Origin: Vibrio phage phiKT1024
Length of the DNA stretch: 32,000 nt
Sequence record: OM249648.1
Direction: 5' to 3' (one strand)
The notes under the pieces were generated by a model. It was not told the origin of the DNA, searched no databases, and saw only the letters and a program-made list of their open reading frames with translations. Of the stretch, positions 8,634-17,727 are shown piece after piece (position 1 is the first letter of the stretch; every line of letters starts with the position of its first letter). The position numbers and the translations under genes are program-made.

Positions 8634-9317
8634 ATGAGCGATATGAAATATGCCCCCTATAGTTTCTCAAAGTTGTCACTTCACGAACAATGTAACCGAA
8701 AATTTAAATACCGTTACATTGATAAGGTGAAACCGCAGAAACAAGATATGACAGCATTGCTAAAGGGTGGAGCTGTTCACTCACTATTAGAAAACTATCC
8801 TAATCCATCAACACATAAACTTGCACCAAAGTATAAACACATATTTGATGATTTCTTGCAAACAAAACTTGGTCAAGATTATTTGAACATTCCTAGTATT
8901 AGAGAATTCGCATTTGGTTTAACCAAAGATTTCGAACCAACCGAATATAAATCAAAAGATGCAATATTCAGAGGATATGTTGATTACATATGTACAAAAG
9001 ACAATATACTTCATTTGATTGATTGGAAAACCGGACGCCTGAAAGAACAAAGGTGGCAATCATATGACCAACTTATGATGTATGCAATTTACTTCTTTCA
9101 ACGGTATCCAAAAATTGACCAAATAAAGATCTCATATGTTTATGTGGAACATGCCGAAGCGGAGAACGATCTTTTGCTTGAAAGGAAGTATCTAAGAACA
9201 TATAAAGATTCACTATCTGGAATGATAATTAGCACAGAACAAGATACAGAATTCAAAAAATGCCCATCGAAACTTTGTGATTATTGTGAGTTTCAATATC
9301 ATTGTGAAAAAGAATAA
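8634..9317 (+). CDS. PD-(D/E)XK nuclease, RecB/Cas4-like, with probable Fe-S cysteines
   Basis: 'YSFSKLSLHEQCNRKFKYRYI', 'GGAVHSLLE', 'IFRGYVDYICTKDNILHLIDWKTGR', 'YDQLMMYAI' and a C-terminal 'CPSKLCDYCEFQYHC'. Confidence 0.8.
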   Translation: MSDMKYAPYSFSKLSLHEQCNRKFKYRYIDKVKPQKQDMTALLKGGAVHSLLENYPNPSTHKLAPKYKHIFDDFLQTKLGQDYLNIPSIREFAFGLTKDFEPTEYKSKDAIFRGYVDYICTKDNILHLIDWKTGRLKEQRWQSYDQLMMYAIYFFQRYPKIDQIKISYVYVEHAEAENDLLLERKYLRTYKDSLSGMIISTEQDTEFKKCPSKLCDYCEFQYHCEKE

Positions 9318-9353
9318 ATAAATATAGATTTATAATACTCGCGAGGAACTACA

Positions 9354-9656
9354 ATGAAATTTTCAGAATACATCAATCAAGATAATACGACACTAAACGA
9401 AAAACGTTCTAACACAGTTATCCTAGGTGATAATTACAAAGAACTAATCGTTCAATCACCACACGGGTCTGTTCCTTTTAAACAGTCATTGAAAGTAGAC
9501 GGGATGGGATTCGAAGACGGTGACCGAGAATCTAATAAAGCTAAGCAGCAGATCATAAAAACAGCCAATGATAAAGTTAATATGGCTTATAAAGATCTAG
9601 AAAAAGCCGTTGGAAAAATTCTGAGTGATGCCGCTAAAGAAATCGAAAAAGTGTAA
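9354..9656 (+). CDS. Hypothetical protein
   Basis: 100-aa ORF, SD 'gagga'. Confidence 0.65.
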   Translation: MKFSEYINQDNTTLNEKRSNTVILGDNYKELIVQSPHGSVPFKQSLKVDGMGFEDGDRESNKAKQQIIKTANDKVNMAYKDLEKAVGKILSDAAKEIEKV

Positions 9657-9664
9657 ACTAATTC

Positions 9665-9688
9665 AAAACGCCTTAAATGGCGTTTTTT
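9665..9688 (+). terminator. Rho-independent terminator
   Basis: AAAACGCC-TTAAAT-GGCGTTTTTT. Confidence 0.85.
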
Positions 9689-9783
9689 ATTGTCTTGAAA
9701 ATGTAAAAATGTGAAGTTTTTAATATAGAAAACATATTATTAATGCGTTTTATTCACCATTTGTTTTCGAAAAATCCTCTATG

Positions 9784-9791
9784 TATAAATA
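9784..9791 (+). promoter_or_regulatory. T4-type late promoter TATAAATA
   Basis: Exact TATAAATA upstream of the capsid-like gene. Confidence 0.75.
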
Positions 9792-9825
9792 ATAGTAAAT
9801 GCCATAACAGAGGAAATTGATACTC

Positions 9826-10737
9826 ATGGAAAATGAAAAATTTACAGAAGAGCAAGTTCAAAAACTTCTTGCTCTATTAAACGAAGATACAACTGGCCCA
9901 GCTGCTCCAGAGATTGCAACGACCGATGAAAACTTATCACTTGATAAGATTTTTCAACAAACTGATTTACCTTCATTGGGACGTCAGATCTTTTCAGTTC
10001 TTCCTATGACTGGACCGACTGCTGCCATCTTTAATATTAAAACAGATAAAACTTCACCAACTGACATTAAAGCAAAACTTTTACGTAATGAAGTTGAGGT
10101 ATTCCCAAGTGATTCTCTAAATACTGGTATTACCCAGGAAGCTGTTCAAGATATTCGTGCTCAATACGGAATGTTTGCAAACCAAATCGTTGGTAAACTT
10201 TTGCGTGGTTTAGCGAATGACCAAGAAAATACAAGAACTCTTGAATTCTTAGAGGCTCAATCTAAGGCTCTTCCGGATCTTCAGTTATCAGATTCATTTA
10301 ATGCCGAAGTTAACTTGTTTGAAATCACTCAACGTGTTCACGAGACGATTCTAAAAATGAACAATAAAAACTTTCGTTCGTATGAAGCATTCGCTGTTAT
10401 ACCTGCTACTGCATTAGGTGGTATCCTTGGTTTGACACAATATGCCGGTGGTCAAGAAGATGATAGTGATAATCTTTTAGTTACAGTTATAGGTAAGACT
10501 AAGTTTTATCTTAATCCAGACCCTACAAGTATTACTGCTTATGTTGGTCTGAAAGATACGCGAAATCCTAGCCGTTCTAGTGCAGTATTTTCTCCATACG
10601 TTTCTAACGTTGTTGAAGTAACTGATCCAGACAACGGTAATGTGAACTACCATCTTTATAATAGATTCGCAATTACTGCATCTCCGCTTCATGAACTAGA
10701 TAACGAAATGCTTTACAAATTTAATGTTTTAGTATAA
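9826..10737 (+). CDS. Short HK97-fold-type capsid protein paralogue (gp23/gp24-like)
   Basis: 'GKTKFYLNPDPTSITAYVGLK...SSAVFSPYVSNVVEVTDPDNGNVNYHLYNRFAITASPLH' parallels T4 gp23 'YRVYIDQYAKQDYFTVGYKG...GIYYAPYVALTPLRGSDPKNFQPVMGFKTRYGIGINPF'. 'QEAVQDIRAQYGM' parallels 'AQDLRAVHGM'. Confidence 0.65.
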   Translation: MENEKFTEEQVQKLLALLNEDTTGPAAPEIATTDENLSLDKIFQQTDLPSLGRQIFSVLPMTGPTAAIFNIKTDKTSPTDIKAKLLRNEVEVFPSDSLNTGITQEAVQDIRAQYGMFANQIVGKLLRGLANDQENTRTLEFLEAQSKALPDLQLSDSFNAEVNLFEITQRVHETILKMNNKNFRSYEAFAVIPATALGGILGLTQYAGGQEDDSDNLLVTVIGKTKFYLNPDPTSITAYVGLKDTRNPSRSSAVFSPYVSNVVEVTDPDNGNVNYHLYNRFAITASPLHELDNEMLYKFNVLV

Positions 10738-10758
10738 GCTTCATAATAGGAGTTTTAT

Positions 10759-11049
10759 ATGTCATATATTAAATATTTTAAAGACCTTAAAACAAACGAG
10801 ATTGATAATCAGTCTCGTTCTGATGATAAACCAGTGGCTTCGCCTAGTAAGTCTGATATCATGAACGAAGCGAAGGGACGTCCTGAAGAGATTCTGAGAC
10901 GTGCTGGTTTTAAGATTAGGTTGGTTACACCTACATCATTTGGAACTCAGATAGACTTTGCTAGAAGCTATGACAGTTCGGAAATTGAAGATGTACTAAG
11001 TGACTTTGATATTAAGATTAAAGATAAATCAGTTTTTATAATAGAATAA
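10759..11049 (+). CDS. Hypothetical protein
   Basis: 96-aa ORF with SD 'aggag'. Confidence 0.65.
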   Translation: MSYIKYFKDLKTNEIDNQSRSDDKPVASPSKSDIMNEAKGRPEEILRRAGFKIRLVTPTSFGTQIDFARSYDSSEIEDVLSDFDIKIKDKSVFIIE

Positions 11050-11077
11050 ATAATAAAAAAATAAAAAGGATAATAAA

Positions 11078-11263
11078 ATGAAACAAACATTTCGTGAATT
11101 TTTAGAAGAATCAATGGATGATAAGAAAGCTTATCAGATGTACTTCGATAAAATGTTGAAGAAGTACAACGTTGAATCACCAGAAGAACTATCAGATGAA
11201 GACAAGAAAAAGTTCTTCGATGAAGTTGACAAAGGCTGGAAAGCTGACAAGGAAAGTGATTAA
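11078..11263 (+). CDS. Conserved small phage protein
   Basis: 61-aa ORF with SD 'aaagga'. 'KYNVESPEELSDEDKKKFFDEVDKGWKAD' is a pattern I recognise from many marine/T4-like phages; function unknown. Confidence 0.7.
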   Translation: MKQTFREFLEESMDDKKAYQMYFDKMLKKYNVESPEELSDEDKKKFFDEVDKGWKADKESD

Positions 11264-11284
11264 ACGCTTTAAACCATTACTCAA

Positions 11285-11322
11285 AAGCTAGTTTCTTATA
11301 TTAAAAGGACTAGCTTTTTTAA
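11285..11322 (+). terminator. Terminator-like hairpin
   Basis: AAAAGCTAGT...ACTAGCTTTTTT. Confidence 0.75.
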
Positions 11323-11381
11323 TGTCCGGAGTATATAATAGTCACCTAAAATGATTTTATACCTATTCAGAAGGAGCAAAT

Positions 11382-11801
11382 ATGTCTGAAAATCAAACTG
11401 ATGTTCAAGTCAATCAAGATTCAACGCAAGAAACAAATCCAGAAAAATCACTGTACACTCGTAAGATTGAGATCCCAATCTACGAACCAAAGAACGTGAT
11501 GCCTAAAGTATCTGAGTTATTCAACACAACTAAACGTGATGAGCTAATTGCTGAGATTAATAAACACGATTTGCCAGATGAAGTTCGTTTATTCTTGATT
11601 AGTGCAGCTGAACGTCATACTCAATTTAACTTCTCTAAGATTGCTGATTTCTATGCTCACGCAAACAAAGAGATTAAAGATTTGATGGAAAACTCAGCGC
11701 TTGTCATCGTTGATTATGATAAAGCTATTGAAAATGGTTTTATTGCTTATCAAGAAGAAGTTGACAAAGACGTTGAAACCCTTAACAATAAAAGTTGGTA
11801 G
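11382..11801 (+). CDS. Hypothetical protein
   Basis: 139-aa ORF with SD 'gaaggag'. Confidence 0.75.
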   Translation: MSENQTDVQVNQDSTQETNPEKSLYTRKIEIPIYEPKNVMPKVSELFNTTKRDELIAEINKHDLPDEVRLFLISAAERHTQFNFSKIADFYAHANKEIKDLMENSALVIVDYDKAIENGFIAYQEEVDKDVETLNNKSW

Positions 11802-11809
11802 GTGGTCTT

Positions 11810-12811
11810 ATGTTTACAGATGATGTTAAAGAACGAATTCATGGAATGAAAGAAGCTGTTATTCGAGTTCCTGATAATAAGATTCCTCATTTTATGGATG
11901 GTCAAGAAGAACGAAGAATGTCAGATTTCTGCGTATTCATTTTAACATATGGACGCCCAGATAAGATTAAGACATACAAACGACTTTTCCGCGAGGGTGG
12001 TCAGTTCAATCAAGATTATTACTTTATTTGCTCTGACGATGATAAACAACTAGATGAATATATTCGTCAATTCGGTGATCGAGTTCTGGTCTTTAATAAG
12101 AAAAAGATGATTCCTCACATGGACAAAGGTGATAACTTTGACAAATACGGTGTTATCTTGTATGCTCGTAATATTGCATTTACGTTTGCAAATCTTTTAG
12201 GTTATCGATATTTTGTAGAATTAGATGATGATTATGATGAGTTCCGTCAACGTATGCTCGATTATGATGGTGGCAAATTAAAATCACTTCAAACAATCGA
12301 CTTGGATCGGATGTTTCGTGTTCATTTAGACTTCCTCAAAAATACACCTTGTAAGACAATCACTATGTCTCAGATGGGTGATTATATCGGTGGAATGGGT
12401 AACGCTAACGTTTTACGGGGTTATCAAAGAAAGGTTATGAACTCATTTTTTTGTGATATTGAAGATCCATTTTTATTTGATGGCACAATCAATGAAGATG
12501 TTAACTATTATGTCCAATCAGGACGAATTGGTATCCTCAATTTTAATCTATTTGGTTTTGCTCTAAACCAAGGAACGACACAGCAAACATCTGGTGGCAT
12601 GACCGAACAATATCTAGATGGTGGTACCTATTTAAAATCATTTTATAGTGTTATGTATGCACCAAGTTGTGTTAAAGTTGGAACGATCTCACATGGTGAT
12701 TATGAACGTATGCATCATCGGGTTAATTCAGAATTAGCATATGCTAAGATTATTGATGAGAAGTATAAACATAACACATTTTTAGAACTGCAGCCAAATG
12801 ATGATTGGTAA
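11810..12811 (+). CDS. Glycosyltransferase, resembling the TET-associated glycosyltransferase (TAGT) type
   Basis: 'CVFILTYGRPDKIKTYKRLF' and 'ARNIAFTFANLLGYRYFVELDDDYDEFRQR' (GT-A-like DDD/DXD). ORF track starts at 11795 (alternative start); MFTDDVK at about 11810 is the likelier start. Confidence 0.65.
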   Translation: MFTDDVKERIHGMKEAVIRVPDNKIPHFMDGQEERRMSDFCVFILTYGRPDKIKTYKRLFREGGQFNQDYYFICSDDDKQLDEYIRQFGDRVLVFNKKKMIPHMDKGDNFDKYGVILYARNIAFTFANLLGYRYFVELDDDYDEFRQRMLDYDGGKLKSLQTIDLDRMFRVHLDFLKNTPCKTITMSQMGDYIGGMGNANVLRGYQRKVMNSFFCDIEDPFLFDGTINEDVNYYVQSGRIGILNFNLFGFALNQGTTQQTSGGMTEQYLDGGTYLKSFYSVMYAPSCVKVGTISHGDYERMHHRVNSELAYAKIIDEKYKHNTFLELQPNDDW

Positions 12812-12814
12812 TTT

Positions 12815-12837
12815 TGGAGGCTATAAGCCTCCATTTT
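12815..12837 (+). terminator. Rho-independent terminator
   Basis: TGGAGGC-TATAA-GCCTCCA followed by TTTT. Confidence 0.8.
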
Positions 12838-12896
12838 GATTTAAATTTAATCAGTTTTCTATATAATAAATATGATAAAAATAAGAAGGATTAAAT

Positions 12897-15587
12897 GTGT
12901 CACAAGTAGAAAAAATCACTGTATTTCAATCAAAAACTACCAAAAATAAAAACCCAGTATCACCATTTGATGATAATACATTTGTGTTCGAAACACATCA
13001 AACACAAACCAATCTTCAAGCGTATTCGATCATGGTTTCCCACTTTATTCTCAATTTACCATTAGGAAAGTTGAAGAAACCAGTGCGTACATTCCGTCGA
13101 AAAGTGAACTTAGAACCATTATATGAAGATACAATCACACACCTAATTCTAGATATTGATGATGTTAAATCTGAGTTTGCGAAACAGAAGATCTTAGATT
13201 ATTTCAAAGATTACAAGGTTATTCTTGGTGAATCTCGTTCATATAATGGATTTGATAACTTCAATATGAAAGGAATTCTATTCACTGAAGAGATCGATAT
13301 AAACTACACCAAAATGGCGTTATCTGTCATTCACCACGATTTAAAAGACTTCTGTACAATAGATGAATCAGTGTGTCGTAAGGCTGCACTGAATGCACCT
13401 ATGTTGAAAAATAATGTTTTTCTTAATAATGAAGATGGCATTCGTTTTAAGTTTGTAAAACAGACTGCTACCGATCATATCAACGAAATTAAGAAAGAAT
13501 ACTTAGGAAAATCACTAGGTTCAGATATTTCAATTGATGATATTCAGAAAAATAACCAGAACCTTGAAGCTGAGAGTATGGAAAAATTATGTCTGAAAGT
13601 TTTTCAATCAATGGGATTCGAAGCTATTCGAAATAATCCAAATGATTCAATTAGCTTTAAACATCCGTCCGAAACTAAATCACCTGGTGGTTATTTTTGG
13701 TTTTCGTCGTCTCCTTATACTATGCATCATGGTAATTCAACAAAAACGGTTAATATATTTGATGCCGTTCGTAAGCTACCAGCAGCAAAAGAATTGATGA
13801 AAAAAGAGATTGATTACAATAATGAATTCCTTAATTTCAATACCGACACGAATGTCGTAACTGTGAATGAGAAATTTCTCTCTATTTCAGATGAAGTTCA
13901 GAATGTTATTGATGTATACCTCAGAAATAAAAATGGTTTATTGAGTATCCGGAGCCCAATGGGAACAGGAAAATCCACCATTATTAAACATATTATCGAT
14001 GAATGTCATCAACAAGATATGAAAGTTCTTATTATAACTAACCGTATTTCCGTCGCTCAAGATTTCGGTAAAAAGTACAATATCAAGTTATATAATGAAG
14101 ACAAATACGAAATAGGAGATTCATTAGTTTGTCAATATGATTCATTGTGGCGTTTTAACATCAAGTTCTTTGATATCGTAATTATGGATGAATTCATCTC
14201 ATTGATGCTTCATAGTCGTTCAAACTTAAATAATTCAAGCATTAATATCGCTAAATTCTTTGGTTCCTTTAATAAGAAACTTGTCATCGCTGATGCTTTC
14301 CTAACTGGTTATGAGAACTTTTTATTATCAAACAAAGAAACGAATCTTCATATGATTGACAACATATATCGAGATCCAACAACTCTCTTTAATTATGAAG
14401 ATTTCAACTATTTTGTACAATCTATCTTAGTTCACTCTGAAAAACATAAACTGACAGTATCTTCAACCTCACTAAGCTTTATCAATAGCCTACAAATGCT
14501 ATTATCAAAGCGAGGATTAAATGTCGTAACACTAACAGCAGATACTCCAGAAAGTACAAAGAAATTAATCTATGAATTGTTTGAAGAAAATAATCACGAC
14601 AAATGGGATGTTCTTATATACTCACCTACTCTAACCGTCGGTGTTTCGAATCTGAATGAAGTTAATTATCATTTTCATTACGATAGTTCAATGAGTACTG
14701 ATTCGATTAGTTCAATTCAGATGATTAAACGAACCCGTAAAACGAAAGAGATTCACATGTTTATTAAAGAGAAAGTGAATTATTTGAAAACATCATACAA
14801 CGAGATCCGTGACGAATACATGGGTAACATTGGACGTAATATTGAACAGAATTATCTTTTTGACATTGATGATTATGGTGAAGCGAAATTATCAAGTATC
14901 GGTAAGAAAGCAATTAAGATAGATACGTTCAAGAATATCCTAGAATTCAGTCACAAGGACTCTATGTTGTGGTTGTTGCAGTATCACTTTATGAAGGAAC
15001 CTAGAATAATTGATACCAAGTTCACTGGTAATGTTCTTTCCAAGTATCAGAAGCAAATTAAGAATAATAAGCAAGAGTTATTACTCAATAACGTTGAACA
15101 ATTCTTGAAGCTGAATGATATTGAAAGAACAGCTCTCCTTCTAGATACAGATGCCGACAAAACGCTTCAAGCTTTAGCAGAAATCGATGAGTATATCATC
15201 GATTGTCCAGCCGAAGTAAAATCTAAGATCTTAGAATGTGCACTTCAAGACCGTTCTTTTATACAAAAGTGTAAGTATTATCAAGTTGTGTACAAATTCA
15301 CTAAGGACATTTACGATGATACTGATATCAAACACCGTGTTTCGAAAGCTGTAATCAACAATCAGAGTACAGATATTCATTTCTATAATCTTTTGTTAAC
15401 ATATGGTCAACAAGAGATTCATGATGAATACTATCCATCTAAGATAAAACAAGATAAACACCTCAAGTACATCTTGGACATGTGTGGGTATAGCGTGACA
15501 AGACTCGATTCACCCGGGATTTGGGGTCAGAGATTGTACGAAGTGAACAGAAACGTGAAAGAATACTTTTCTTATATAAGAGATTAG
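12897..15587 (+). CDS. Large primase/helicase-like protein (Herpes_ori_bp-type SF2 helicase with possible N-terminal AEP-primase-like domain)
   Basis: Walker A 'LSIRSPMGTGKSTIIKHII', 'KVLIITNRISVAQDF', Walker B 'FDIVIMDEFISLM'. N-terminal 'THLILDIDDV...GESRSYNGFDNFNMKGILF'. GTG start. Confidence 0.7.
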   Translation: MSQVEKITVFQSKTTKNKNPVSPFDDNTFVFETHQTQTNLQAYSIMVSHFILNLPLGKLKKPVRTFRRKVNLEPLYEDTITHLILDIDDVKSEFAKQKILDYFKDYKVILGESRSYNGFDNFNMKGILFTEEIDINYTKMALSVIHHDLKDFCTIDESVCRKAALNAPMLKNNVFLNNEDGIRFKFVKQTATDHINEIKKEYLGKSLGSDISIDDIQKNNQNLEAESMEKLCLKVFQSMGFEAIRNNPNDSISFKHPSETKSPGGYFWFSSSPYTMHHGNSTKTVNIFDAVRKLPAAKELMKKEIDYNNEFLNFNTDTNVVTVNEKFLSISDEVQNVIDVYLRNKNGLLSIRSPMGTGKSTIIKHIIDECHQQDMKVLIITNRISVAQDFGKKYNIKLYNEDKYEIGDSLVCQYDSLWRFNIKFFDIVIMDEFISLMLHSRSNLNNSSINIAKFFGSFNKKLVIADAFLTGYENFLLSNKETNLHMIDNIYRDPTTLFNYEDFNYFVQSILVHSEKHKLTVSSTSLSFINSLQMLLSKRGLNVVTLTADTPESTKKLIYELFEENNHDKWDVLIYSPTLTVGVSNLNEVNYHFHYDSSMSTDSISSIQMIKRTRKTKEIHMFIKEKVNYLKTSYNEIRDEYMGNIGRNIEQNYLFDIDDYGEAKLSSIGKKAIKIDTFKNILEFSHKDSMLWLLQYHFMKEPRIIDTKFTGNVLSKYQKQIKNNKQELLLNNVEQFLKLNDIERTALLLDTDADKTLQALAEIDEYIIDCPAEVKSKILECALQDRSFIQKCKYYQVVYKFTKDIYDDTDIKHRVSKAVINNQSTDIHFYNLLLTYGQQEIHDEYYPSKIKQDKHLKYILDMCGYSVTRLDSPGIWGQRLYEVNRNVKEYFSYIRD

Positions 15588-15602
15588 ACATTTTATCTTT
15601 AC

Positions 15603-15648
15603 AGCCTCTTGATTATGATTTAAACTATCATAAATTAAGAGGCTTTTT
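15603..15648 (+). terminator. Terminator-like hairpin
   Basis: AGCCTCTT...AAGAGGCT followed by a T-run. Confidence 0.75.
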
Positions 15649-15659
15649 ATGGTTATGAA

Positions 15660-16025
15660 ATGTACAAAATAGAAGATTTTAAACCAGGGACACTACTTTA
15701 CTTACAATACAACTTCGATAAGAAAAATCAGGGTAGAGAACTAAACACCGAAGGAGTGTATATATGCGAAGTCTACAAAATAGAATCAGGCCCAAAACCG
15801 TTTCATAATAAAATTTGGGTTAATGATATTTGGACATCTGACGGTGAATTGGGCGAAAAGGAATTCATTTATCTAGATGATTTTAATTCAAATGACAATA
15901 AACATATCCATATATTAATTGATGAATATCACCATCCAGATCTAACTAAACTCATAAGTGAACACCCAGAAGTTCAAGAAGTATTGAATTTTATGAAGGC
16001 TATTTATCCAGAACATTTTGTATAA
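15660..16025 (+). CDS. PExxI-tail family protein (first gene of main array)
   Basis: Ends ...MKAIYPEHFV*. Confidence 0.8.
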   Translation: MYKIEDFKPGTLLYLQYNFDKKNQGRELNTEGVYICEVYKIESGPKPFHNKIWVNDIWTSDGELGEKEFIYLDDFNSNDNKHIHILIDEYHHPDLTKLISEHPEVQEVLNFMKAIYPEHFV

Positions 16026-16038
16026 AAGAGATTGAAAT

Positions 16039-16299
16039 ATGGCACATTATTATGTATTAAGATACCAAGATGAACTACACATCGTGAAACGTGACTCACT
16101 CAAAGAACGCAGTGTACGTGGTGTTTGGTCTTCAGGTGGAAATGCTATCAACCGTGTAAAAATGCCATCACAACCTTTCATTCAAGGTAACCCTGGCGGG
16201 TTTCAGTTTTTACACAGATTTAGTAAAGTGGATGCCTGTTGTTCAACTCGTCACCTAATTCGACGAACCAGAGAACTATTCCCAGAGGAGTTTATATGA
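16039..16299 (+). CDS. PExxI-tail family protein
   Basis: Ends ...RELFPEEFI*. Confidence 0.8.
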   Translation: MAHYYVLRYQDELHIVKRDSLKERSVRGVWSSGGNAINRVKMPSQPFIQGNPGGFQFLHRFSKVDACCSTRHLIRRTRELFPEEFI

Positions 16300-16604
16300 T
16301 ATTTGACGGTTATGAATGTGGCGATCTTTTAGTTCGAGTATCTGAAGGAACTCCTGAAAGGATACACATTAACGTTATTCAAGAACGTGGCTCTGCACAC
16401 ATCGTTACCTGTTTATCTTACAATACACCCGAACGTCCATATGGTCAATCTTCATATACTATTTGGGAGAATTTTGTTACTGAACCTCTTTTGATGTGGT
16501 GGAAGTTAATTGAAAAAGATAGTGATGAATATAAAATGATCCTGTCTCAAGAAATAGTAACATGTGATTTCATAAAGAAAATGTATCCAGAGGAGTTCAT
16601 ATGA
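16296..16604 (+). CDS. PExxI-tail family protein
   Basis: ATGA overlap. Real start is MIFDGYECG, not the extended ORF-track start 16239. Ends ...IKKMYPEEFI*. Confidence 0.85.
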   Translation: MIFDGYECGDLLVRVSEGTPERIHINVIQERGSAHIVTCLSYNTPERPYGQSSYTIWENFVTEPLLMWWKLIEKDSDEYKMILSQEIVTCDFIKKMYPEEFI

Positions 16605-16885
16605 AACCCGAAGAGAAATGTCAAATCGTATCATATAAGTTCGTTCATAATACACAAGAACGTCGAAGGTATTTCTTGAAGATTGGAGATAATCGCAGAA
16701 TGATTGGTCGTTTCCACAGCTTCGTGAGTTGTGAAGAATTAATAGAAAGGTTGGAGGAACTTGGACCGAATCTTTGGACAGCCGCTAAGCCAGTTGGATA
16801 TGTTGCGGGTTCTTGTGACGAAAAGGTTGAATTAGAGTTCGATCTTAGTGACGTTAAGGAAAAACATCCGGAGTTGTTTATATGA
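16601..16885 (+). CDS. PExxI-tail family protein
   Basis: ATGA overlap; ends ...VKEKHPELFI*. Confidence 0.85.
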   Translation: MKPEEKCQIVSYKFVHNTQERRRYFLKIGDNRRMIGRFHSFVSCEELIERLEELGPNLWTAAKPVGYVAGSCDEKVELEFDLSDVKEKHPELFI

Positions 16886-17124
16886 TTATCGAGTTCGATG
16901 ATTATGCCACTTGTTTTTCAGAGGGTGATTCGGGTCGCTGTGGTATCGATTGTGCAGTGTTTCAACGGGGTGATTGTGAACATGCAGGTGAAATTGAACC
17001 AAAATATATTGTGGAACACTACAAGGATGATTTTGAAACAGCGGTTGAAGTAATCGAAATGTACAACGATTATGAAGAATGGATGGACGCATACCGAGAA
17101 AAATATCCGGAGAAATTTATATGA
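16882..17124 (+). CDS. PExxI-tail family protein, Cys-rich N-terminus
   Basis: ATGA overlap; 'CFSEGDSGRCGIDCAVFQRGDC'; ends ...REKYPEKFI*. Confidence 0.85.
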   Translation: MIIEFDDYATCFSEGDSGRCGIDCAVFQRGDCEHAGEIEPKYIVEHYKDDFETAVEVIEMYNDYEEWMDAYREKYPEKFI

Positions 17125-17383
17125 AAGTTTCTGATTTAAAACATGACCGACTATACTTATTCCGTTATCGTGGGTATGCACTTATTGGTAAAGCAGATCT
17201 TATGATTAATCATAGGGGTGATAATATACGGGGATTTATTACCACCGAACGGGTAAAGATATCCGTGTGCTCCTTAATAGGTCGAAACATCATGACTATA
17301 AATCACTGCAAATCGTTCACGAATATGAGAAGTCAGTACCAATACATAAAATAATGTCTGAACATCCAGAGGAGTTTATATGA
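17121..17383 (+). pseudogene. PExxI-tail family gene with apparent frameshift
   Basis: The frame from ATG 17121 stops at 17354. The -1 frame is open 17225-17383 and encodes '...IVHEYEKSVPIHKIMSEHPEEFI*', the family tail. Confidence 0.7.
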
Positions 17384-17727
17384 GCAAAGAGGTAATGGAC
17401 CAACTGGACGTGGGTGATATATTATTATGGACGTGGAGTAGTGATAATCATTATGATGTCGTATTATCTCAGGTACTTGGAATAAAGGTGGTAGATACTG
17501 GCCGAAAAGTGATGGAAATGTCTTCACTTTCGGCCGAAGATGACGGCAACACAGAATCATCTTTTAAGCTTTTCGAATATCACTTCATAGATAATAAAAA
17601 TTTAAAGTGCATTCAACGAATTCCTTATGGTTCTGAACTATTTACTGATATCATTTACACTGTAAATGATCAACCAGGACTCAATCTTTGTGCGATTGCT
17701 AGAAATTTCCCGGAGTTATTAATATGA
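17380..17727 (+). CDS. PExxI-tail family protein
   Basis: ATGA overlap; 'VGDILLWTWS'; ends ...ARNFPELLI*. Confidence 0.85.
   Translation: MSKEVMDQLDVGDILLWTWSSDNHYDVVLSQVLGIKVVDTGRKVMEMSSLSAEDDGNTESSFKLFEYHFIDNKNLKCIQRIPYGSELFTDIIYTVNDQPGLNLCAIARNFPELLI

Noticed and set aside
15649-15672. Seven-codon leader ORF (MVMKCTK*) upstream of the array, with its SD inside the terminator stem
   Set aside because: Possible, but too short to support without ribosome profiling or conservation.
16239-16295. N-terminally extended ORF-track starts (16239, 17079, 18636, 19028)
   Set aside because: The ATG embedded at the previous gene's stop has correctly spaced SD and fits the pattern of the array; the extensions overlap the upstream gene.
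17121-17383. Programmed -1 ribosomal frameshift in the cassette
   Set aside because: No convincing slippery heptamer with following structure is visible in the 17225-17350 overlap; a simple indel is more likely, though not excluded.
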